Shown: one piece after another, positions 24,929-34,295 of the stretch
Layout: every line of letters starts with the position of its first letter
Numbering within the stretch: position 1 is the stretch's first letter
Virus record (IMG/VR): IMGVR_UViG_3300045283_000148
Location: 1 to 52,458 of that record
DNA from: a virus
Lineage: Duplodnaviria > Caudoviricetes
Length of the DNA: 52,458 nucleotides
Reading direction: 5' to 3' (one strand)
Translations under genes and position numbers: made by a program
The notes under the pieces: generated by a model
What the model saw: only the letters and a program-made list of their open reading frames with translations
Told to the model about the DNA's origin: nothing
The model's database searches: none

Positions 24929-26250
24929 GCGACCCGACCGGCACAGCCCGCTTGCGCCGCGCGTTCCAGGCCGAGGGCAACCGCCGTCTCGGCCAAGTCC
25001 GCTCGCTCACCCATACGATGCTGGTCGAGCACGATCTGATGCAGGCGCGCGACGAACCATGGGCACAGTTGTTTCCGCAACCGGGCCATCGGCTATCGGT
25101 GTTCGCCGAATGGTTCTCGCGCACGGTCAACATCCAATTGCTCGGCATGTCTTGGTGGGAGAAATATCTACAACGCGCCTACGATTCCGGTCTGGTAGCT
25201 GGCGGCAAACTGGTGGGCCCTCCTCCTGGCAACCAACAGCCGCTGCCGGCGGTGTACAGCGAGCTGGCTCGCCGCGAGCTCGCTGGCATCGCTGCCGCAC
25301 TGGTGCAACAGGTGAGCAGGCAAGCCGGTACTGCATCTCTCACACGGCAAAAGCCGCAGCTCATGTACCGCCAGGTGCTCACCGCCATCCGCAAGGTCGG
25401 CATGGTACGGCTGCAGATGTTCGTGAACTACATGACGGTGCGGCTCCATAACGCAGCGCGGCTCGAGCAGTTTCGCGCGGCGGGCGTCACGCAGGTTGGG
25501 ATCATTGCCGAGCGGCTGGTCAATCCGAAGCCGTCGCGGTTTCTGCGGCACGACCACGTCATCCATGATGCATCATCGCCCAAGCGGAAGTTGGCGGCAC
25601 TGACCGCGGCGGCGGAAGAATTGCTGGCACAGCAACGCCGCGCGAGAGAGGCTGAAGAAGCAGCAGCACAAGCCGAGTTGCAGGCAGCAAGAACGAGTCT
25701 TGCGGCTGAGATAGCATCGCACATGGCGGGAGCCAAGGTCCCTCAATCGCTGGCGCAAGCGCAGTTGGAATTGCGGATCGCGCAAGGGCGTGCTCGAGCG
25801 GAAGTAGAAGCGGCAAAGGCCGCAACAGCGGCGCAAGAGGAAGAGGCCAAGGCGGCATGGGAAAAGGTTCTGGCCGCCAGGAGAGAGGCAAGAGCGGCAG
25901 GATACGCAGCAACGCGAGCTGCAAAAACCGCAGCCAAGACGGAGACGCCACGAGCGGCGGCAAAGGCAGAAGAAGCTAAGACTGCGGCAGTTGGAGCACA
26001 AGCGGAAGCGGTCGAGACCGAAGCCAAGAATGTGGTGCAGTTGCTGCCCAAAAGGCTTCTGGCAATAGGCGCAGAATACGTGAATGTGCTCACGGCGGGT
26101 GATGATCGCGTCTGTCAGGTTTGCGAGGACGCCAGCGAGGAAGGTCCGTATTCGCTCGAAGAGGCGCAAGGAATCTTGCCACTCCATCCGCGCTGCAGAT
26201 GCGCCTGGGTGCCGGCAGTCGTAAAACCAGAGCTGGTGGCGGCCGAATGA
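24925..26250 (+). CDS. Mu gpF-like head morphogenesis protein with Ala-rich insert
   Basis: DPT N-terminus; TAGDDRVC..C ... PLHPRCRC. Confidence 0.8.
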   Translation: MSDPTGTARLRRAFQAEGNRRLGQVRSLTHTMLVEHDLMQARDEPWAQLFPQPGHRLSVFAEWFSRTVNIQLLGMSWWEKYLQRAYDSGLVAGGKLVGPPPGNQQPLPAVYSELARRELAGIAAALVQQVSRQAGTASLTRQKPQLMYRQVLTAIRKVGMVRLQMFVNYMTVRLHNAARLEQFRAAGVTQVGIIAERLVNPKPSRFLRHDHVIHDASSPKRKLAALTAAAEELLAQQRRAREAEEAAAQAELQAARTSLAAEIASHMAGAKVPQSLAQAQLELRIAQGRARAEVEAAKAATAAQEEEAKAAWEKVLAARREARAAGYAATRAAKTAAKTETPRAAAKAEEAKTAAVGAQAEAVETEAKNVVQLLPKRLLAIGAEYVNVLTAGDDRVCQVCEDASEEGPYSLEEAQGILPLHPRCRCAWVPAVVKPELVAAE

Positions 26251-26426
26251 TCGATGGTTTCGAGGTGATGATGATCTGGCCGGGCGTCTATCTGGTGACG
26301 GCGATCATGGTCGATGCACCGGCGGTGCAACTCGGCATCTTCGGCAGTCTGGAAGACATTGACCACGCCGTTGATCTGTTCATGCAAGAGCGGCAACAGC
26401 AACGGCATCTGCACTAGGAGGACAAT

Positions 26427-26669
26427 ATGAGCCTGTCAGGTCTGGTGCTCGGAGTAATCAACATCGCAATCGTTATCGCGGTCCTACTTTTGGTAGGGGC
26501 CATAATTTTATGGTTTTTGTCGTGGATGGGGATGAGCGTGCCGGGCAACGTGCAGAAGGGCTATCTCGCCGTGGTGGCGCTGATCGGTCTCTACATGTTG
26601 GTGGCGCTGTTGTTCGGCATTCCCTCGATCCGCATCATCGGGCACGCGGCGCTGCCTCTGGTAGCTTGA
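26427..26669 (+). CDS. Small two-TM membrane protein (holin candidate)
   Basis: Two hydrophobic helices; strong AGGAGG RBS. Confidence 0.65.
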   Translation: MSLSGLVLGVINIAIVIAVLLLVGAIILWFLSWMGMSVPGNVQKGYLAVVALIGLYMLVALLFGIPSIRIIGHAALPLVA

Positions 26670-26788
26670 TGGATCGTGCGACGAAAGCGGCGATCATCAT
26701 CTTTTGCGTGGTCGTGATCCTGATGCTTGCGATGGGGACCTACGGTTTTTGGTCCGGGGCCTGGGACAGTGACCTCTCGCCGCCCTGA
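26669..26788 (+). CDS. Small single-TM protein
   Basis: MDRATKAAIIIFCVVVILMLAMG..; TGATG overlaps on both sides. Confidence 0.55.
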   Translation: MDRATKAAIIIFCVVVILMLAMGTYGFWSGAWDSDLSPP

Positions 26789-26934
26789 TGAGCAGACATG
26801 AATGGCTCTGGTATGGGGCAATTCTCGTGGTCGCGGTGCTCACGCTGGCAATCGGCTATTATGTGGGCATCATTGCCGCCGTGTTCTTCTGGGCGGTGGC
26901 CGTCCTGATCCTGCTTGCGCTGCGGCCATATTGA
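26788..26934 (+). CDS. 48-aa two-TM peptide (not in ORF track)
   Basis: MSRHEWLWYGAILVVAVLTLAIGYYVGIIAAVFFWAVAVLILLALRPY. Confidence 0.55.
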   Translation: MSRHEWLWYGAILVVAVLTLAIGYYVGIIAAVFFWAVAVLILLALRPY

Positions 26935-26946
26935 AGCGAGCGCACT

Positions 26947-27111
26947 ATGTCGATCGTCGATGAAATAACTGAGCTGTTGAAGCAGAAGCAGCAGATCGAC
27001 GGGCAACAGCAGGGCATCGCGAACTACGACGGCTGGGCGATCGAGGCTCTCGTGCTTCTGCTGCGGGCTGCGCTCGAGCAGGAGATGCAAAGAGAGCGGA
27101 ACAATGCGTAG
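26947..27111 (+). CDS. 54-aa hypothetical protein (not in ORF track)
   Basis: MSIVDEITELLKQKQQ...; GAG RBS. Confidence 0.5.
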   Translation: MSIVDEITELLKQKQQIDGQQQGIANYDGWAIEALVLLLRAALEQEMQRERNNA

Positions 27112-27157
27112 AGAGCGCAAGCCGTGGGTGACATGCGCTCTCACGATCAGACCGTGA

Positions 27158-27262
27158 TCACCGTTGCGGTGGCGGCTGATTGGGTGGCTTCGGCGGCTGT
27201 TGGTCGGCCGGCTTCGGGTTGGGGTTAGGGTTTGGTTTACCCGGCTCGTTCGGATTCGGCAT
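27158..27262 (-). CDS. 34-aa Pro/Asn/Gln-rich peptide, antisense to the late operon
   Basis: MPNPNEPGKPNPNPNPKPADQQPPKPPNQPPPQR with AGGT RBS. Confidence 0.5.
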   Translation of the reverse strand: MPNPNEPGKPNPNPNPKPADQQPPKPPNQPPPQR

Positions 27263-27332
27263 TGCGGCTACCTGAATTGGCCCACCTGCTGGCAAGATAA
27301 CACCGCAGCGACCAACTCGTTCCTAGAGGCAT

Positions 27333-28910
27333 ATGGCACGCAGAGCCAAAGCACTAGCGAAGCTGCTCGCGCAGTTGGACGAGCTTGTGCCGAATCGAAA
27401 CAAGTCGAGCGATGGCTGGGCGGCGTCGGCCGCGCACTCGGTGCAGAACCCGACCAGTGACCACGAGCCGGACTCGGCTGGTGTTGTCAGAGCGCAGGAC
27501 ATCACGCACGACCCGCGCGCGGGCATGGACACCTACAAGCTTGCCGATGTCATCAAGAAGAACCACGACAAGCGGCTGCGCTATCAGATCACCAACCGCA
27601 AGATCATGGGCGGCAACGAGGGGCCGCAGCCGTGGGTCTATCGCAGTTATAACGGCAAGAACCCACACGATGAGCACATCCACTTCTCAGTGCTGAAGGT
27701 GTTCGAGGACGACGAGAGTCCGTGGGATTTATCAGGCTTCCTCGTGGTCCCCAACAAGAGCGCGGCGGCCAAGACGCTGCCGCTGGTGAGCAAGGGTTCG
27801 AAGGGGTTCTACGTTTCGCTGGTGCAGACCTGTTTGGGCGGCTCGACGGTCGATGGCATCTTCGGGCCGATGACCGAGCAGGCGGTGCTGCAGTTCCAGC
27901 GCGATCACGAGTTGGTCGCCGACGGTGACGTCGGGCCGTACACGTGGCGCGAGCTGCTGCGGCCGATGGCGAAGGAAGTCCACCTGCTGCCGGACGACCC
28001 GCGCGGCAAGCTTGAAGCGATGGCGCAGGCTGCGATAGCGACTGGCTCGACCGCGAGCGTTGATGCCTTGGTGGCGTCGTTCCTCACGATCATCGAAGAC
28101 ATACTCCCGCCTGGACTGAAGCCACCGTCGGGGGTGGTGCCTAAGCCGTTGCCACCCCCGACAGACGGGACGCTGAACGAGCAGATTTATGACATCGTCG
28201 CCAAGTCAGCGATTGCGAAGTACCCATGGAAGTCGCGTGGCGTGGCGCCGTTGGCGTATCTCAATGGCATGGCGCTGGCGTTTAGCTCGCAGCTCACGCG
28301 GCTGCAGGCGGGGCACAGCGCAGCGATAGAGATGGCGAAGGCCGACACCCACAACGACGAGAAGGATGCGCTGTCTCGTTATAGGTCTAATTTTGCTGCC
28401 AAGGGGATGAGCAATGCAACCGCAGGTCCAGACACGTTGCGACATCTGTTCGTCCTTATGCTCGGACTGGGTATGCGTGAATCTAGTGGACACCACTGCG
28501 AGGGACGGGACCTCAGCGCAAGCAACACAACAGCAGACACGGCTGAGGCTGGTCTGTTCCAGATGTCTTGGGACGCAAACGGTGCAAGCAAGGAGATCGG
28601 CAAGCTGATGGACGAGTACGGCGACGACGAGGGCTTGTGTTTTCTCGGCGCGTTCGCGGACGGCGTCCAGTGCTCGACGTCGAGCTGGGCCAACTACGGC
28701 ACCGGCAAGGGCCACGACTTCCAAAAGCTGGCGAAGGAGTGCCCTGGCTTCGCGGTGGCAAGCGCGGCTGTGTGCTTGCGAGTGCTGTGCAAGCACTTTG
28801 GTCCGATAGTGAGGAAAGAGGCAGAGATAGTCCCCGCTGCCGATGTGATGTTCGCCGAGGTTCAAAGGTTTGTTGAGCAGGAAGCGGCAAAGATCAGCGC
28901 GGCTGCTTAG
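27333..28910 (+). CDS. Multidomain endolysin: Zn-peptidase-like + peptidoglycan-binding + lysozyme-like
   Basis: SDHEP..VVRAQDITHDP..HDEHIHFS; VDGIFGPMTEQAVLQFQ..L.ADG.VGP.TW; GMRESSG..AGLFQMSW. Confidence 0.8.
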   Translation: MARRAKALAKLLAQLDELVPNRNKSSDGWAASAAHSVQNPTSDHEPDSAGVVRAQDITHDPRAGMDTYKLADVIKKNHDKRLRYQITNRKIMGGNEGPQPWVYRSYNGKNPHDEHIHFSVLKVFEDDESPWDLSGFLVVPNKSAAAKTLPLVSKGSKGFYVSLVQTCLGGSTVDGIFGPMTEQAVLQFQRDHELVADGDVGPYTWRELLRPMAKEVHLLPDDPRGKLEAMAQAAIATGSTASVDALVASFLTIIEDILPPGLKPPSGVVPKPLPPPTDGTLNEQIYDIVAKSAIAKYPWKSRGVAPLAYLNGMALAFSSQLTRLQAGHSAAIEMAKADTHNDEKDALSRYRSNFAAKGMSNATAGPDTLRHLFVLMLGLGMRESSGHHCEGRDLSASNTTADTAEAGLFQMSWDANGASKEIGKLMDEYGDDEGLCFLGAFADGVQCSTSSWANYGTGKGHDFQKLAKECPGFAVASAAVCLRVLCKHFGPIVRKEAEIVPAADVMFAEVQRFVEQEAAKISAAA

Positions 28911-29460
28911 CCCATCTTTGCTTTGCGCTTTTGCTCATAAGTTCTCGCGTCTTGGGAGAGTGTTTCCATCCCATATGCGGTGTGACAGGTCGCCTGTTCT
29001 TTGTCTGCTCGCTTTGCGTAGACCATCGCACGTTGCCCGGTTCGTAGTTGCCGTCGTTGTTGATGCGGTCGATGGATAGCCCCGGAGGTCGTTCGCCAAT
29101 TTCGGCAAGGATGTCAGCGAGAAAGTTGGTGAAGTCCTTCCATCGTTCGCAGACTTGTATACCGCGCGCACCATAATTCTTGAAGCCCGGACGATTCGGG
29201 TTGGTGCAGCGCTGAACGATGTTGTGCCAAGCATCGTAAAGCGGGTGGACTTTCGTTCGAGCGTAGCCGTGCTTGAAGCTCTTTCCACAACCACAGGAGC
29301 AATTCTTGCGAGTGCGTAGATCACCTACTCGTCGGTTGCAGGAGTTGCCGCAGTCGCATTGGCACAGCCAAACGACTTTGTTGTTGGCGTCGGTGTGTAA
29401 CGCGCAGATAGCGGTCAGTCGACCGAAGCGATGGTTTGAGATATCTGCTGGTTTGGGCAT
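28894..29460 (-). CDS. HNH endonuclease (WLC.CDCG type) with NUMOD3 tail, inverted in the late operon
   Basis: FGRLT, WLCQCDCGN, YGARGIQVCERW, SIDRINNDGNYEPGNVRW, GWKHSPKTRELMS. Confidence 0.88.
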   Translation of the reverse strand: MPKPADISNHRFGRLTAICALHTDANNKVVWLCQCDCGNSCNRRVGDLRTRKNCSCGCGKSFKHGYARTKVHPLYDAWHNIVQRCTNPNRPGFKNYGARGIQVCERWKDFTNFLADILAEIGERPPGLSIDRINNDGNYEPGNVRWSTQSEQTKNRRPVTPHMGWKHSPKTRELMSKSAKQRWAKQPR

Positions 29461-29541
29461 CGAGCTGCTCCATCAGTTCGAAGTCAAGTGGCGGCTGACG
29501 TTCCAAGCGTCGGCCGCTGCGCATTATAGCGGGGTTCCGCT

Positions 29542-31029
29542 GTGACAGCGATCATCCCGTTCAACGTGTGGGTCGACCGCTTCACCGACGCGGAGTTTTC
29601 GCTGTTCCGCACGCGCATGCGTGGCATCCAGTTCGTCGGCCCAAATATCTTGCGGCGCTGGGACCAGGCGGTGGCGGTCAACCTCGTCGACCTCGACGAC
29701 CCGATCATACCGTTGTTCAAGGATGCGTTGATTCGAGAGGGTATCCTCCTGCCCGCGCGCGCTGAGTTGGTGTTCTCTACTGATGGCACCAGCCCGACGC
29801 CTCCGGTTGAGGGTGCGGGCGCGATGGGGCCGCAAGGTCCGGCAGGTCCGCCTGGGCCGCAAGGTCCACAAGGTCCGGCCGGTGCAGATGGCGCACAAGG
29901 CGCGACAGGGCTGCAAGGTGGGCAAGGTCCGAAGGGTGATCCCGGTGTACAGGGCACTGCTGGCACACCCGGCACGACCGGATCGCAAGGGCCGAAGGGT
30001 GACAAGGGCGACACCGGCAGCACCGGACCAGCGGGCGCTGATGGTGCGCAAGGCTTGCAGGGGCCGAGTGGACCGCAAGGCCCGCAGGGGCCGCAGGGGC
30101 CGCAGGGGCCGACGGGACCAGCAGGCATCGCCAGTGGTCCACCACAAGGCCGCCTGACATTGCAGACTGCCACGCCGGTGATGACGTCCACGCAGAGTGC
30201 GAAAACGACGATACTGTATTCGCCTTATTGCGGCAGTCAGGTGCCGATTTACGACGGCGCCAACATGGTTATGACGACGTTCGCCGAATTGAGCGTCGCC
30301 ACCACCGACACAACCAAGAGCCCCGCCGCGATCGGAGCATCCAAGGTCAATGACTGGTTCATCTGGAATGATGCCGGAGCCATCCGTCTTGGCCACGGCC
30401 CGGACTGGACTAGCGACACAACGCGGTCGGCCGCTACCGCGCTCACAATCGTCAATGGCATTCTGCTTAACAACGTCTCGATCACCAACGGCCCGGCGGC
30501 ACAGCGTGGCACCTATGTCGGCACCACACGCAGCAATGCGGGCTCAACACTGGACTGGATTTATGGAACGGTGGCGGCGGCTCCGGTTGCGGGATTGTTT
30601 GGTGTCTGGAATATGTACAATCGAGTTTATGTATCGAGCTTAGTGGGCGATCTTGCTGACAGTTGGACGTATAGTTTGGCTGCGGTGCGGGCAGCCAATG
30701 CTAAAACTACGATGCGACATAGTTTCGTTAGTGGTGTGGCTGAAGACGCTTTTGAAGCTGTTTATACTTCTCATGGGACAGGTGCAACCGTAGTGATTGT
30801 GGGTGTTTGTTATGATGTAACCAATGCATTTAGTGGAGTAACCGGTTTTGCATTCGGGCTTGGAACGGCGTCTGTGTCACTGATGGGTGTCCATATTACT
30901 ACTGCTTTAGGGTTTCATTTTTTTCAGGCTGGAGAGTCGGCTGGTGCTGCGACCAGTGCAAATTTATTCGGAGATAACGCTGATGCTACACTCTATAAAA
31001 CAGGTATCGTTTTCAAGGGGTGGATGTGA
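29542..31029 (+). CDS. Collagen-like fibre protein
   Basis: Uninterrupted Gly-X-Y run ~29820-30125; C-terminal PQGRLTL..TPV domain. Confidence 0.8.
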   Translation: MTAIIPFNVWVDRFTDAEFSLFRTRMRGIQFVGPNILRRWDQAVAVNLVDLDDPIIPLFKDALIREGILLPARAELVFSTDGTSPTPPVEGAGAMGPQGPAGPPGPQGPQGPAGADGAQGATGLQGGQGPKGDPGVQGTAGTPGTTGSQGPKGDKGDTGSTGPAGADGAQGLQGPSGPQGPQGPQGPQGPTGPAGIASGPPQGRLTLQTATPVMTSTQSAKTTILYSPYCGSQVPIYDGANMVMTTFAELSVATTDTTKSPAAIGASKVNDWFIWNDAGAIRLGHGPDWTSDTTRSAATALTIVNGILLNNVSITNGPAAQRGTYVGTTRSNAGSTLDWIYGTVAAAPVAGLFGVWNMYNRVYVSSLVGDLADSWTYSLAAVRAANAKTTMRHSFVSGVAEDAFEAVYTSHGTGATVVIVGVCYDVTNAFSGVTGFAFGLGTASVSLMGVHITTALGFHFFQAGESAGAATSANLFGDNADATLYKTGIVFKGWM

Positions 31030-31442
31030 TGGATGCGGCAACGCTCAATGATGCCATCGCTGAAGTCTGCCCCGTGATCAGTACGAGCGTGGGGAAAGCG
31101 GATGATCGAGCAACTTGGTCATTCGTACCTGGGGCCAATGCGACACAGCCGCAGATCGACGCTGGCAACAATGTCATCGCGACCATACCCATTGACACCA
31201 AAGCTGTTGGCTTATCGACGGAAGAATTTATCAGCCGATGGACCAATGCCGAATATCTAGCGCTGGAAAAAAAACGTGCAGCCGATATCACAGCCAACAA
31301 GGTCGGCAACGCCAAAAATTGGGATCAGGTGATCGCCGGTTCGACAATCAATATGAACAAGCAAAAGGTACAGAGCCTGAAAGCTGATCTGGTGACCGAC
31401 GGCATCCTGACGCAAGCGCGGGCGGATGAGATCTTTGCATGA
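31029..31442 (+). CDS. Fibre-associated small protein / chaperone
   Basis: C-terminal F..RWT.AE...L..DGILTQARADEIF resembles the fibre N-terminus. Confidence 0.6.
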   Translation: MDAATLNDAIAEVCPVISTSVGKADDRATWSFVPGANATQPQIDAGNNVIATIPIDTKAVGLSTEEFISRWTNAEYLALEKKRAADITANKVGNAKNWDQVIAGSTINMNKQKVQSLKADLVTDGILTQARADEIFA

Positions 31443-31509
31443 AAGAGATGAGCACCGGCTGAGCGTGACGGGCTTCATCTCGGCTAGGCGAATTCGATAG
31501 GAGGGCAAC

Positions 31510-31893
31510 ATGGCGATCGGTATGGGCAGCATCATCGGCATCGGCCTGAAGGTCGTGGCCAACAGAGACAAGATCGCCGCAGCATGGCAAACAATCGTTC
31601 CGATCGTGCAGGAAGTGCGTCGCAATTATCCGAAGATCATCGACTTGCTCGACGAGATCGCGCCGGGGTTAACGACGCCGAAGGCGGAGCCCGAGGGATT
31701 CTCGGTCGAGTGGCTACAGGAAAGCTTGAACACGCTGATGGATGCGAAGTTGATCGTGGATGGAGAATACGGCACGGCAACCAAGGAGGCCGTGACCATG
31801 TATCAGCAGGCCCATAGTCTTGTGCCAGACGGTTGGGCGGGTGTGGCTACCCAGGCATCGATCTACGAAGAACTGGCAAAGCACAAAAAATGA
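31510..31893 (+). CDS. Peptidoglycan-binding domain protein
   Basis: WLQESLN..L.VDGEYG.ATKEAV..YQ..HSL.PDGWAG. Confidence 0.8.
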   Translation: MAIGMGSIIGIGLKVVANRDKIAAAWQTIVPIVQEVRRNYPKIIDLLDEIAPGLTTPKAEPEGFSVEWLQESLNTLMDAKLIVDGEYGTATKEAVTMYQQAHSLVPDGWAGVATQASIYEELAKHKK

Positions 31894-32216
31894 GTCCCGG
31901 CGGTGCAATCGAGGAAGTCGGCAAGGCCACGGGCAGCTTCATCGATGCCTTGAAGCGCGAACCGCTGTCGCTTGCCCTTGTACTAATGAACCTGGCGCTG
32001 CTGGGTTTCTTCTGGCTCATCCTCAATGCCGTGGCAGCGCAGCGCGAGCGGGAAGTCAACCTCATGTACGAAGACAAAAAAGAAGTGCGCGAGCTGATCG
32101 CCAAATGCGTCGTGCCATCGCGTACCGAATTACAGAACCGTGCCGATCTGCCGCTGAATCTATGGCCACCGCTTCCGGTTCCGCGTCCACCGGAAGCCGA
32201 TCAAGATCAGCCATGA
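31890..32216 (+). CDS. Single-TM lysis-module protein (holin/spanin candidate)
   Basis: PLSLALVLMNLALLGFFWLIL followed by a coiled coil. Confidence 0.55.
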   Translation: MSPGGAIEEVGKATGSFIDALKREPLSLALVLMNLALLGFFWLILNAVAAQREREVNLMYEDKKEVRELIAKCVVPSRTELQNRADLPLNLWPPLPVPRPPEADQDQP

Positions 32217-32323
32217 ACTGGCGGGACATACTGCGAGCCGTCGCCTGGATTGCGCTGATCGGGTTCATATTGACGGCGCTGATCGTCTTCATATGGACGA
32301 CAGTTCAAGGCGTCATGGGGTGA
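32213..32323 (+). CDS. 36-aa single-TM peptide
   Basis: MNWRDILRAVAWIALIGFILTALIVFIWTTVQGVMG. Confidence 0.5.
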   Translation: MNWRDILRAVAWIALIGFILTALIVFIWTTVQGVMG

Positions 32324-32327
32324 GAAC

Positions 32328-32717
32328 ATGCCTCTTCGTGGACCGCTGTGGGACTGGGTTGGGCTCGACACGATCGCGAGCCAGCTCACGCGCATGGAAC
32401 GTAAGATCGACCAACTATTAACAGGTCAAGCCAGAGGAAAGGAACTGATCATGGCTGAAGCAGAAGAGATCGCAAACTTGGTGCAACAGGTGCAGGCGAA
32501 CAAGGACGTCACGGCGAGCGCCACGCTCGCGCTGCAAGGGTTGCTTGATCGGGTATCCAGCCTGGATCAGCAGCTTGCCGATGCAATCGCCAATGCGGGC
32601 AGCGACGTATCGCCCGAGATCAGGGCGGCGGCTGACGCGCTGGCGGCCAATACTGCAGCCCTGCAAGATGCGGTCCCGCACATTTCGGCGGCGATCAAGG
32701 CCAACACCACGAAGTGA
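32328..32717 (+). CDS. Coiled-coil hypothetical protein
   Basis: Ala-rich helical sequence; possible internal start at 32451. Confidence 0.6.
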   Translation: MPLRGPLWDWVGLDTIASQLTRMERKIDQLLTGQARGKELIMAEAEEIANLVQQVQANKDVTASATLALQGLLDRVSSLDQQLADAIANAGSDVSPEIRAAADALAANTAALQDAVPHISAAIKANTTK

Positions 32718-32718
32718 G

Positions 32719-32937
32719 ATGGACATCGATATAAGCGATGCGCCTCATACCAGAGAAGTGATGCTGGATGGGCTGCGGCAGGCGCTGCAGGCGCGCGTGG
32801 GGGCCATCTGGAACAACGTGACGCTGGCCGGCGAGTCGTCGCAGGGACCGCGCTTCAAGGAAGGCATCACGCAAGCCATCACGTATTACGAGCAAGCGTG
32901 GAAGGCCATCAACGACACCTTGCCGAACGACGAGTAG
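32719..32937 (+). CDS. Hypothetical protein
   Basis: MDIDISDAPH...; codon usage typical of the genome. Confidence 0.55.
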   Translation: MDIDISDAPHTREVMLDGLRQALQARVGAIWNNVTLAGESSQGPRFKEGITQAITYYEQAWKAINDTLPNDE

Positions 32938-33058
32938 CTTCTTTCTCCAGTCTGTCCGTCCCCACGTCGTGCTGTTGGAAGAAGCCAACAGCGGGAGATG
33001 CCACGCATTCATCTAGCCATGCGTCGGCGCCTCCCGCCTAATCCAAAGGGTAGAAGCC

Positions 33059-34264
33059 ATGTCGAACAAATCAAGGAAACCCAAGGTTGATGACGGCCTG
33101 TTCGATGATAGCGAGATTTCACTGACCGAGATTGTTGCGCTCGATGCTCCCGCTGCCGAGCGCTTCGGAATGCGTATCACTCCGAGCGGTTATTTGGTGG
33201 CTGAGCCGCGCATCGCTCGCACCGGTATTCAACTCTACAAGGGGTGCGAGGTCGGACGGCCCGACATGGAGCAGGTCCGCGTCTATCGGCCTGAGGCCGA
33301 GGTGTTCGACAAACGGGCAATGGCATCGCTCGCGCACCGGCCGATCACGCTCGACCATCCCGACATTGCCGTCGATGCAAGCAACTGGAAAAAACACGCC
33401 GTCGGTCATTCTACTGGGGATGTCGCGCGCGATGGTGAATTCGTCCGGGTGCCGCTGACCCTGATGGATCAAGCCGCGATCGACGCGGCGCGTTCCGGCA
33501 AATCGCAATTGAGCGTTGGTTATGGCGCGAAGCTGCGATGGGAGCCGGGCGAGACCAGTGACGGCCAGCTTTACGACGCCATGCAGACTGAAATCAGAGC
33601 CAACCACATCGCGCTTGTCAGTCAGGCGCGCGGTGGTCCCAGCCTCCGAATAGGAGATAGCAGAAAGGAGAATGCCATGACTGAGCGCGTGATCAATCTG
33701 GATGGTGTGAACATCCAACTGGAAGACCGAGACGGACAGGTTCTTGAGCGCCATCTCAAGAAGCTAGACGAGAAGTTCATTGCTGATCAGGAAACCGCCG
33801 AGGAGCTCAAGAAAAAGATTGCCGAACTACAGGCTCGGTTGAAAGAGCTCGAGAAGACAGGCGACACCAAGGACGGCGAGATCATCGGCCTGACCAAGAA
33901 ACTGGCCGATGCCGAATGGACGCCGGCAAAAGTCGATGAAGCCGTCCGCAATCGTCTGGAACTGTTCGAGCGTGCTCGTCGCGCGCTCGGCGACAAGCTC
34001 GTGACTGACGGCAAGACCGACGCTGAAATCAAGCGCCAGGTCGTGGTTGCCGAGCTCGGTGACGAAGAAGCCAAGACGATGTCGGACGAGGCCATCGCTG
34101 GCGTATTCCGTGCCGTCACCCGAGAGACCAAGAAGGACGATGGCCTGCGGCGCACAGTCGATGCGCTGTCCCGGCCGCTGCCGACAATGACTCCCTCTCA
34201 GATAGCTCACCAGAAATATACCGAGCGCCTGGCCAATGCTCACAAGCAAAAAAAGAGCGCGTAA
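33059..34264 (+). CDS. DUF2213 capsid maturation protease/scaffold
   Basis: GYLVAEPRIARTGIQLY, PIT.DHP, LSVGY, NHIALV..ARGG. Confidence 0.9.
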   Translation: MSNKSRKPKVDDGLFDDSEISLTEIVALDAPAAERFGMRITPSGYLVAEPRIARTGIQLYKGCEVGRPDMEQVRVYRPEAEVFDKRAMASLAHRPITLDHPDIAVDASNWKKHAVGHSTGDVARDGEFVRVPLTLMDQAAIDAARSGKSQLSVGYGAKLRWEPGETSDGQLYDAMQTEIRANHIALVSQARGGPSLRIGDSRKENAMTERVINLDGVNIQLEDRDGQVLERHLKKLDEKFIADQETAEELKKKIAELQARLKELEKTGDTKDGEIIGLTKKLADAEWTPAKVDEAVRNRLELFERARRALGDKLVTDGKTDAEIKRQVVVAELGDEEAKTMSDEAIAGVFRAVTRETKKDDGLRRTVDALSRPLPTMTPSQIAHQKYTERLANAHKQKKSA

Positions 34265-34295
34265 GTAAACCCAACCTAACCCAGCGAAAGGAGGC

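Noticed and set aside
29484-30396. Long antisense ORFs over the collagen region and other GC-rich genes
   Set aside because: Expected shadow frames of high-GC repetitive coding sequence; no motifs or RBS
32971-32992. Hairpin gctgttgg-aagaag-ccaacagc as a terminator or ncRNA
   Set aside because: No U-tract and no further structure I can support
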